Source: an uncultured virus (IMG/VR IMGVR_UViG_3300030108_002488)
Lineage: Duplodnaviria > Heunggongvirae > Uroviricota > Caudoviricetes
Length of the DNA: 20,000 nt
Direction: 5' to 3' (one strand)
IMG/VR virus record: IMGVR_UViG_3300030108_002488
Coordinates: 54,772-74,771 of that record
The notes beneath the pieces were generated by a model. That model was given only the letters and a program-made list of their open reading frames with translations, made no database searches and had not been told where the DNA came from. Position numbers and translations under genes: made by a program. Shown piece after piece: positions 1 through 8,500 of the stretch (the stretch's first letter is position 1; every line of letters begins with the position of its first letter).

Positions 1-3000
1 ACTGTCGAAGTTTGGTCATCAGCAGTTCCCGCTTCCGTTATCCCTAACTTTAATCTTCCACCTTTAGCGGCTGCTGAATGATTCTCTGTAGCATAACTAG
101 CGATAAAAGCGGAAGCCTCTGTAATTGAACTAGGAACATTACCGTCATTAGAATCAAATCCTATCCCTCCTAATATTTCATCAGTCTCAGTATCAGAAGA
201 ATCATCTCTAACAATTTGAATGCCATCAAAACCATCAGCACCAGTAACATTAACTTGTAACATATTTTTTGGCCCACTTGTGCTTATTCCTACTTTATCA
301 GCAGAAGCATCACAAAAGAAAAGATTAGCATCAGTATCTCCTTCTACTCTAAAATCTATATCGTCATGTTGGTCATTAATTACTACATCTCTTGTAGCGG
401 CTCTTAATCTCATAAACTCAGTAAGAGTTCCAGCCTCCATTAAATTAAAAGTCATATTACCGTCTTCTGAACCATCCGCAACATCATCCATCCCAACTTG
501 TATTGTTCCGTATTCAACATCCTGATTGTTATCGTTTTCTCCTCTAAATTTAATCTCACCTACTAACTCATTAGTTAGTGGGGTATCGCTACCATTTCTG
601 TATAAAACTAAATTAGGAGCATGAGTAGCCGCATTAGCCGCAGTTGATTCTAAAATTAAAGTATCACCAGTTCCACTGTCAAGAACATGTAATGGTGCAG
701 AAGGAGTTGTAATTCCAATACCAACGCTACCTTCATCAGTAATTCTCATTCTTTCTGTTATTCCCGCATTTGCGTTGTTAGTTGAAAAGGTTAGAGTACC
801 ATCATCAACTCCTGTTGCTTCATTTAAAGCAGAAATTCTCGCACCAACATAAGAAGTCGGTCCATGGGAATCATAATTTTTTAAATCTATTCTTGCATAG
901 TCTGTGCCTGTGGCGTTTCTTGCACCTTCAATTATAACCGTTCTTGTTTCACCACTATTAGAAGTTCTTGAAATTGTAGTATCTCCGCTTACTTCTAATT
1001 TAGCCGAAGGAGCAGTTGCGCCAATACCAACTCTCGATTCTGAACCATCAATCCTCATTACTTCTGTTCCCGAAGAACCACCATCATTTACTTGTAAAAT
1101 AATATCTTTATCTGAAGTTACATTTTGAATTATAACATCATCAGAAGATGTTGAAAGTTGTAAGTCTGTTCCTATTACTACTTCTCCTGAATCTTTTATT
1201 CTCATTCTTTCTGCTAAACTTCCAGCGTTAGAAGTTGAGATTACTAGGTTCCCATCATCAACTCCTGTTGCTTCATTAAATGAGGCAATCCTAGCGCCAA
1301 CATAAGAAGTTGGCCCATTAGAGTCATAATTCTTTAAATCTATTTGTGCGAAAGCGGACCCTGTTGCGAATCTCGCACCCTCCAAAACTAATGTTCTAGT
1401 TTCACTATTATCAGCACTTCTCGCTAAGGTTGTATCTCCCTTAACCTCTAACAATGTAGTTGGGGCATTAGTCCCAATACCAACATTACCATCTGTGTGA
1501 ATCCTCATTCTTTCTGCGGCTGTATCTGTCCCGCTTACTTTAGTATGGAATGTCATTGCAGATGTTCCAGTGCCATCTCCACCACCTGATTTTAAAACTA
1601 AATCTCCACCATTTATGTTATTACCGTTAGTGGATGTAGAACCCGCAGAAATAGTCAAATCTCTACCCGCTGTAGTAGAAGTTGTAGCCGCTACACTTAC
1701 TGTAGCATCTTGTCCATTCCCAAAACCTATATCTCCACCGGTGACTGTTAAATCAGTTCCAACAGTCGCAGTAGTTGTAGTTGTTAATGCACCTGTGACT
1801 GCTAATGTGCTTCCATTGAAATTTAAATTACTATCACCTGTAAATCCACCGCTACCATCAGAACGCTGAACATCACCACTAGCACCCGATGATACAGGTG
1901 TAGGTGTGGAACTACTAACCATTACTCTCTGCCAACCTGAGCCAGTGAAATCTGTTTTAGTAATATCATCTATGGTTTCTGTTATTGTTCTATTACCAGC
2001 AGTACCACCTGTTGCCTGTGTTAGCGTAATAGATTGATTTCCATTCGCCTCTGTAGGCACGGCGCTAACAGTAATTTTACCATTATGACCATTAGCATGT
2101 TCAATCGCTGCTTTTAATTGCACCAATAAAGCGTTTTGAGTAGATTTACTACCACCAGTGGTAGCAATACCTACCGCTATTTTACCTGCGTTACCACCAG
2201 CGGTAGTAGAACCTATGTCTGAACCCGAAACCAACACAGTGCCTGTTGCTACACCACCCGCATTAGTATCTGTAATGAAGTAAGTTTTACTAGTTCCGTC
2301 CGTAGATATGAGAGTAATTTCATCCGCTTCATCGGTTGTAACATCTGCGTCACCATCTGTAACAGTTAGAACTGCTTGTGCGCCTGACTCTCCGTAAACA
2401 AACATACAAGATTCTAGTGGGGAAACAGTATCTTTTACACCAGCCCCTGTAAAGTTAGTCACAGTAACATTAGTCAAACCTGACGTTATTATTGTATTAC
2501 CAGCAGTGCCACCAGTGGCTTGTGTCAAAGTGAGAGTACCTGAACCATTGTCGGTGACAGTAATTGTACCATTGTGACCATTAGCGTGCTCTATACAAGT
2601 TTTTAGAGCAGTAGCAGCAGCGGCAGCGTCTGTATTGATAAATTGAAGACTTGCTGCTGTTGTACTACTTTTAGCAGTATATGTTCGAGAAGTTCCAGCG
2701 GTGTCAATTATAACAATAGTTTCGTCTACCGTACATGCGCCTGTAAAAGATATAGTAGCGGTTGCTCCTACATCATCGAATTCTATACTGTTACTAGCAC
2801 TCACGTTGCTTACAAATACAGAATGACCGGGTGGGAAATTACCACTAGGGTCTAAGTCTATGGTTGTAGATGGAGTAAGCACAAACACCTGTGCCTCATC
2901 AAAAGTAAATGTCATATCAGCATCTGCTGTAGTTGTTTTAATACCCGTGGGTCCGATTAAATGTGTGTGTCTAGTTGATTGACTATCTTTAGCACTAAAG

Positions 3001-3806
3001 TACAAATGTGCGTCTCCATCAGCGTTGTAAGATTGCCAAAGAACACCACTTTCAGTAGTAGTCGAGCCGTGTTCACCTGAGCCATGTATTTGTAATAAAG
3101 TCGTGTGGTCTGTTATACCGACTTCTGAGCCAGCGCCACCGCTTTGCACAGGTGTAAAATAAACAGGAGATGGTCTGACAAATACACGTTTATCATTTAC
3201 TTCAGTTATGGACGAGATGTTCAAAGTACCAGTGGTGCTTGCATCTGTCCTAACTGCTCTTACTGTTGCTAAAACCAATGTTTGTTTATTAGAAGCGCTA
3301 GACACTGTGTCCATTTTTAAATATTCAGCACTGTCCCCTGTAACAGATGGGTAAGCACCAGTAGCGGTGTCTATGACAGCAGTTTGTGTATATTTTAGCC
3401 CTTCGGAGGTCGCTAATATAATAAAAAGAGTTTCCTTACCACTAGCGGATAAAGCGGTAACATTAGTATTATCTAATATGTTACTATCACCTGTGGCAAA
3501 TGTGAGTGTTGTTTCACTACCGCCACCAAAATCGTATAACACACCATCCAATATGGCTTCAAAAGGTTTCACAATAACTTGATTATCAACGCTTGATGAT
3601 TTCCTCACAGCCCCTCCTAGATTATTAGGATTATTTCTATCAGCGTTACCATAAGATGTATCATTAGATAATAAAATACCGTTACCATGAACACCCTCAT
3701 AGAGATTAGTTAATGATGGAGACAATATGTGGTCTCCGTCTCTTAGTCCGTCTTGTGCATCTGTTATACCAGCAGATGTATGTCCCGATAGTGGATTTTG
3801 TGCCAT
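1..3806 (-). CDS. Long tail fibre / receptor-binding protein, at least 1268 aa, 3'-partial (not in the supplied ORF track)
   Basis: Hand translation from ATG at 3806 (MAQNPLSGHTSAGITDAQDGLRDGDHILSPSLTNLYEGVHGNG...) gives no stop down to the window edge (...GGRLKLGITEAGTADDQTST). AGGTGA RBS lies 4 nt upstream. The protein is Gly/Thr/Ser-rich, and its distal part has repeated E(R/V/F)MR(I/L)...VGIG...P...L(E/H)V units typical of fibre shafts of marine tailed viruses. Confidence 0.9.
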   Translation of the reverse strand, partial: MAQNPLSGHTSAGITDAQDGLRDGDHILSPSLTNLYEGVHGNGILLSNDTSYGNADRNNPNNLGGAVRKSSSVDNQVIVKPFEAILDGVLYDFGGGSETTLTFATGDSNILDNTNVTALSASGKETLFIILATSEGLKYTQTAVIDTATGAYPSVTGDSAEYLKMDTVSSASNKQTLVLATVRAVRTDASTTGTLNISSITEVNDKRVFVRPSPVYFTPVQSGGAGSEVGITDHTTLLQIHGSGEHGSTTTESGVLWQSYNADGDAHLYFSAKDSQSTRHTHLIGPTGIKTTTADADMTFTFDEAQVFVLTPSTTIDLDPSGNFPPGHSVFVSNVSASNSIEFDDVGATATISFTGACTVDETIVIIDTAGTSRTYTAKSSTTAASLQFINTDAAAAATALKTCIEHANGHNGTITVTDNGSGTLTLTQATGGTAGNTIITSGLTNVTVTNFTGAGVKDTVSPLESCMFVYGESGAQAVLTVTDGDADVTTDEADEITLISTDGTSKTYFITDTNAGGVATGTVLVSGSDIGSTTAGGNAGKIAVGIATTGGSKSTQNALLVQLKAAIEHANGHNGKITVSAVPTEANGNQSITLTQATGGTAGNRTITETIDDITKTDFTGSGWQRVMVSSSTPTPVSSGASGDVQRSDGSGGFTGDSNLNFNGSTLAVTGALTTTTTATVGTDLTVTGGDIGFGNGQDATVSVAATTSTTAGRDLTISAGSTSTNGNNINGGDLVLKSGGGDGTGTSAMTFHTKVSGTDTAAERMRIHTDGNVGIGTNAPTTLLEVKGDTTLARSADNSETRTLVLEGARFATGSAFAQIDLKNYDSNGPTSYVGARIASFNEATGVDDGNLVISTSNAGSLAERMRIKDSGEVVIGTDLQLSTSSDDVIIQNVTSDKDIILQVNDGGSSGTEVMRIDGSESRVGIGATAPSAKLEVSGDTTISRTSNSGETRTVIIEGARNATGTDYARIDLKNYDSHGPTSYVGARISALNEATGVDDGTLTFSTNNANAGITERMRITDEGSVGIGITTPSAPLHVLDSGTGDTLILESTAANAATHAPNLVLYRNGSDTPLTNELVGEIKFRGENDNNQDVEYGTIQVGMDDVADGSEDGNMTFNLMEAGTLTEFMRLRAATRDVVINDQHDDIDFRVEGDTDANLFFCDASADKVGISTSGPKNMLQVNVTGADGFDGIQIVRDDSSDTETDEILGGIGFDSNDGNVPSSITEASAFIASYATENHSAAAKGGRLKLGITEAGTADDQTST
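741..1514 (-). repeat. Internal duplication of an approximately 105-aa fibre unit (1197-1514 and 741-1064)
   Basis: Both units read MRI...VGIG..AP...LEV.GDTT..R.....ETRT...EGAR.ATG...A.IDLKNYDS.GPTSYVGARI...NEATGVDDG.L..ST......ERMRI. An exact 26-bp match (ccatcatcaactcctgttgcttcatt) lies at 799-824 and 1252-1277. Confidence 0.9.
1941..2384 (-). repeat. HANGHNG domain, second (long) copy in the fibre (about 148 aa)
   Basis: GAQAVLTV...ITLISTDGTSKTYFITDTNAGGVA...IAVG...LKAAIEHANGHNGKITV...ITLTQATGGTAGNRTITE...DFTG. Confidence 0.9.
2445..2768 (-). repeat. HANGHNG domain, first (short) copy in the fibre (about 108 aa)
   Basis: GATATISF...TIVIIDTAGTSRTY...LKTCIEHANGHNGTITV...LTLTQATGGTAGNTIITS...NFTG. 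Confidence 0.9.
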
Positions 3807-3810
3807 TCTT

Positions 3811-3816
3811 TCACCT
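3811..3816 (-). promoter_or_regulatory. Shine-Dalgarno site AGGTGA for the fibre gene, overlapping the upstream TGA stop
   Basis: Minus strand reads GAGGTAAGGTGAAAGAATG, with 4 nt spacing to ATG at 3806. Confidence 0.75.
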
Positions 3817-4155
3817 TACCTCAATTAATACCTGTATTCTCAATTCGTTTCTTGATGTTTTTATTATAGGCTTCACTGTGTGCCTTGCGACTGGGGTGAA
3901 CGAAGAAGTACCCCTATATTGAATAAACACTTCTTTTATACTTTCAGTAAATTCAAAATCTTTTGGAATAAACGCTTCCACTAGTAAAGTGGTGTCATCT
4001 ATCACCTTTACGGTGGGAGCCACTGTCAAAGCGGGTTTACCAGCAGCCCCATCTGAATTAGTAGAAGGTGTGCCATCAAAACCTATAGTAAGTTCGTTAA
4101 TATTAGACGCTATAGTATCTAGTAGTAATCTTCTCATTCTGTCTGCTACAGGCAT
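3811..4155 (-). CDS. Small virion protein, tail-collar / fibre-attachment-like (114 aa)
   Basis: ORF with GGAGGTGA RBS and TAATG overlap with the upstream gene. The pattern IGFDGT..., IKEVFI, ARHTVKPIIKT...LRIQVLIEV resembles the N-terminal tail-collar-fibre (DUF3751 / P2 gpH N-terminus-like) domain, and it sits directly upstream of the fibre. The CDS is secure; the function is inferred. Confidence 0.75.
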   Translation of the reverse strand: MPVADRMRRLLLDTIASNINELTIGFDGTPSTNSDGAAGKPALTVAPTVKVIDDTTLLVEAFIPKDFEFTESIKEVFIQYRGTSSFTPVARHTVKPIIKTSRNELRIQVLIEVR

Positions 4156-5591
4156 TATTCGTCACCTCCGTATATGGCGGCTAGTGATTTACTACCCTTG
4201 ATGGTTTCGGACGATGATGAGCCACCAATTAATCCTCTACCACCTGATTTACCAATAATAAACCCATCACCAGCCACACCATGATTATATTTAATTACGA
4301 ACAATTTACTTACTAATTTAATATCACCGAATAAAGATGTGCTGTCTTCTACCACTTGTTGTATTACATCAGGCTTACCTTCTGTAACCGATATGCCTTG
4401 TACTAATCCTTGTAGTATACCCTCCACACCTGTGTCTACTTGTAAGAATACTAAATTTGTAGAATTATTAGATAGATTATGTGATACTTCTGTTAGTATT
4501 CTAGGTAAACCTTCGTAAGTAATAATTTGACCGGGTCTTAAATCCCAAGCATTAGGATGACCATCGCTATACATACTACCCTCTAATATATTATTAGCCT
4601 TTAATATAGTTCTAGCAATTCTTCTAGCGGCATCGTTAGATTTAACACTCGCATCAGTGATAACAGATGGTTCTTCTTGTATGTCACCACCCCTACCGCT
4701 TTGTCTTTCACCATCACTCATTATAACATAAGATACATTGTTCAAAGCAATTGGTACACCTTGAACTGCGATTTTATTAGGGGTGTTAGCGATAGGATTT
4801 ATACCCTTACCACCAGTTCTGACAGCGGAATCTATCATTCTACCCGCCTCTGTGAAATTAAAAGGAACATAAAGTAAATTACCAAATCTATCGAAGTAAG
4901 CAATACAATTATCATACCTACCTAAGAATTTAAAAGCAGTTAAAAGATTGATATCGTGGAAATCATGTGATACAAATTTTGTAGAAAACTTTCTTCTTTC
5001 AGTATTTGCGTTTGTAGGATTACGAGATAAACCTAAGTTAACAGAAGTAAACTCATCGGCAACATCTTTTGCTAATCTCATAGCCAAATCAGATGTTCTA
5101 AGGCCGACATTAACAGGTTGTGCAAAATGACCACTAGTACCGATAAAACCAATCTCTTCTATGGTTTTACCTTTTAAATTTTTAAGAGTCATGATTGTAC
5201 CATCCGTAGATGTTTGTATATCACTTAAAAATAATCTTTGTGAAGGCGCTACACTATTGTAAATTAAAGGTGGTTTATCTTTTGCGCTACTACTAGACAA
5301 TTGTGAACTCATATAGAACACGGGGCTAGTAGAATCATGACCATCAACATCGGGCTCTAATATTTTAACACTATCTTGTCTACCTTGTATTTGATATGCT
5401 TTTCCTGTCGCTATTGCGTATGTAGATGTTTTTCTTTGTCGTATGGTCAATTTATGTTTGTCACTATTTTGTGGATTTATTTCTGCTAAATGAACAGCGT
5501 TATCAACAAACTTAGGTTTTCTCACATGTGTCATAATTTGTGCATCTCTACTAGTGTTACCTAGTATGTATGAAGTGCTTATCAATGGCAT
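4155..5591 (-). CDS. Putative tail tip / baseplate hub protein (gpD/gp27/Tal-like fold), 478 aa
   Basis: ORF coupled on both sides by TAATG overlaps. The motif order LLTAFKFLG..YFDRFGNLLY, NKIAVQG, ITDASVKSNDAARRIARTIL, LRPGQIITY, EVSHNL..STNL matches the layout of late-control-D/hub proteins. Function inferred by eye. Confidence 0.7.
   Translation of the reverse strand: MPLISTSYILGNTSRDAQIMTHVRKPKFVDNAVHLAEINPQNSDKHKLTIRQRKTSTYAIATGKAYQIQGRQDSVKILEPDVDGHDSTSPVFYMSSQLSSSSAKDKPPLIYNSVAPSQRLFLSDIQTSTDGTIMTLKNLKGKTIEEIGFIGTSGHFAQPVNVGLRTSDLAMRLAKDVADEFTSVNLGLSRNPTNANTERRKFSTKFVSHDFHDINLLTAFKFLGRYDNCIAYFDRFGNLLYVPFNFTEAGRMIDSAVRTGGKGINPIANTPNKIAVQGVPIALNNVSYVIMSDGERQSGRGGDIQEEPSVITDASVKSNDAARRIARTILKANNILEGSMYSDGHPNAWDLRPGQIITYEGLPRILTEVSHNLSNNSTNLVFLQVDTGVEGILQGLVQGISVTEGKPDVIQQVVEDSTSLFGDIKLVSKLFVIKYNHGVAGDGFIIGKSGGRGLIGGSSSSETIKGSKSLAAIYGGDE
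4162..4169 (-). promoter_or_regulatory. Shine-Dalgarno site GGAGGTGA for the 114-aa gene
   Basis: Minus strand reads GGAGGTGACGAATAATG, with 6 nt spacing to ATG. It is complementary to the 16S 3' sequence UCACCUCC. Confidence 0.85.
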
Positions 5592-8500
5592 TATGCATCA
5601 CCCGAGTGGTCTGAAGTATTGAAAGTTACATCTTCTTTATGTCCTTTAGAATGTAATGATTGTGTAAAGCGTGCTTTGACATTATAATCCTTCTCACTAC
5701 CATCGCTTCTTGACGAGTCTCCTCTGAATTTTTGTAGTGTATTTTCACTAATTACTAATCTAGTCACTGTACCTTTAAGACTTGTTTTATCAAAACCAGT
5801 AGCCTCTGTACCCGGTAGTTTTGGTCCCTTAGAAGCGGGAGATTGTACACTAGATGATGTTTTAACATAGTACACTGGTTGATAAGGAGCATTTGATGCA
5901 GGTAAATCACTTCCCGAAAAATTAGTAGAAGTAGCACTAGGTGTTGAATAATTAAACAATCCGTATTTACCACCTGATGTCGCTGAAAAATAATTACTAT
6001 CGGATTGAGGACTGCTTGAATGTAACGCTAAATTAGACCTAAAGACTTCAACGTGTTTATTATCTAACAATCTAGTTGGTCTTAGTAAAAATTGTATACT
6101 TTTATCTGTGTAATTATATCTACTAATAACAGTTCCTGAATTATATACCTGATATGGATTACTAGTCTTTTCACTAGCAGATGCCCAACTTGAAAGACCC
6201 CACCCTGTATCGTCAAATGGGTTAGCAAAACTGCTCGATTCTAATATGTAATTACCACCTAAAGCGTGTATATTACTTGTATGGCTAAATCTCATCACAC
6301 CACCTTGAGGTTGACCTGCGAATGTCAACGCTGTTAAATCGTAGTCACCCAGTGTTTGTGAGGCTGCTTGCATACCACCGTGTAATATTACTCTCTGTCC
6401 TATGTTACGGTCTGTGTGTAAACTATGCGCCTCTGTATTTACTACAATCATATCAGAGGAACTACCTCCGCTAAAAGATTCTAAGTTTTCAGCATCAATA
6501 CCTATACGTGGGCTGCTTCTTGATATTGCTTCTTTATGTACAGATGTACCAGTGAAAGACTCTACCTTCTCACTAGCAACAGCATCAGGTTTTAGTAAAC
6601 CATCTTCTTCTATATCTAATCTAGCACTTATACCTCTTTTAATTTCATCACTTGCTAAAACATCATTACGTGGTCTGATGTAACCTGTACCGAATGTTGG
6701 CTCTGAAGTATGATGAGATAACACTATTCCCGAACCTTGATACACGGTGCTAATATCCGCTAAGACATCTTCGTTAAATTCTGTTGGATATCTAACACCA
6801 CGGCCCCCACCCATATCTCCAACACGTAGAGCATTAGTAGGGGCAAAAACATCTACAAGTTCGTTAGAATTATTAGAATTAATATCATTTAATCTACCAC
6901 CGAATCTAGGAATAGTGTTAGTTCTTGAACTCAGGATATTACCACTAGTATCTGCTATACCTTTTAGATTAAAGATAGGTTTACCATTATTCCAAATTCT
7001 AGCATGCGGCGTTCTATTGTTAGTCCTGTCATACTCGTAAGCATCACCAGCATCCCAAGCAGGTCTAATTCCAAATCCACGTACAGGCATTCTTCTTACA
7101 TCCTCGCCACGAGTATTACCCCACCAATCGATTAGATAGTAACCTAGTGCGTTTTCAAATGATGATATACCAAGCGCCTCGCCATCTCCCCACCAATCAC
7201 GAGGTACACCTATACCACCTGTGAAATTGGCTTCTGATACAGTCGCCAAGTTTTCTGTTATATCGGTGTTACCAGCAGGTCCTGCTACTGCTTGAGTCAA
7301 AGTGACTACTCCGTTTGTTACTGTACCGACTGTGATTTTACCGTTATGACCATTAGCGTGTTCTATCGCTGCTTTGAGTAACACAACGAATTGATGTTGT
7401 GTAGTTCCACCACTTAAGTCAAACCCAACTGCTATTCCTGTAGCGTTAGTACTTAGAGTTGCTGTAATTGAACCTGTAGATTTCAATGTGGCACCCGCCG
7501 CTACAGCACCTAAATGGGCCACACCTCCGTCATTAGTATCTGATACGAAATAATCTACTACTGTTCCGTCCGTACTTGTAAGAGTAATTTTCTGACCAGC
7601 GGTCAAACCATGTGCAGAACCATGAGCAGCAGCAGTGAGTGTAGCAGTAGCCTGTGTAGAATTAGCATTTCTGATAGTTCTAACTGGGCAACCATATGAA
7701 CGAGTCATTCTTCTACCATCACTGTATCTTGTTTGGAATTCAGGTTTATCCATGCCTAACATACCAGTAAAGTTAGTTTGTCTTTCCATAACTCCAACAT
7801 AAGTAACAGGTAATGTAGCAGACCCTATAGATGAGTCATTTCCAACATAAGTTAAACCGCCAAATGGATACTCCACTAACGGACCTTGTCTATTTTCAAC
7901 TGTAAGAGGAACTGCGCTTCCTGATGCCAATGTATCTTCCATCCACGCTCTTAATCCATAGAATCCCCATTGTGGTCTATTCCATGGTTGTCTTAAACCG
8001 AATCTATAACCGAAAGTTTGTGGTCTATATCCACCGACAGTTTCACCTGATGCTGCGGGAGGACTTGCGTTTGGATTGAATGTAGATGCTAATCCCAAAC
8101 TTACACTATAACTACCATCATCATCCTTATCTAACCAATAAACAGATGTTCCTGCTGGATAATAACCAGCCATATTCCAACCTGCGGCAGCCATAGCATA
8201 TCCGTCTAGGTTACTATTTAGCGGCCCACCTCTACTACCACAAGGCCAATAATTAGATAGCATTATAGTTGTGCTTCCTTGAGATTGAATACCATTTAGG
8301 GCATGGATTTCTGCTCCTGTACCTACACTACCATCTGCTCCAACATATATTGTACTACCAGTAGCGGGTTCGAATCCTTTACCCGTGTCTGCTATTGTTA
8401 CATTTGCTGTAGCGACAGCCAAAACTTTACCTATTATTTTACCATCTGCGAATAAGAAATCATTAACGCTTACTTCGCTACTTACATCACCAGCAAAAGT

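Noticed and set aside
741..1514. Duplicated fibre units as a diversity-generating retroelement TR/VR pair
   Set aside because: Both copies are coding and in frame, differences are not adenine-specific, and there is no reverse transcriptase in the window.
1941..7654. HANGHNG inserts as inteins, introns or transposable elements
   Set aside because: There are no intein terminal motifs (C/S start, HN-C/S/T end; the HN here is internal and followed by G), no endonuclease motifs, and no terminal repeats or target duplications that I could see. The frame is preserved.
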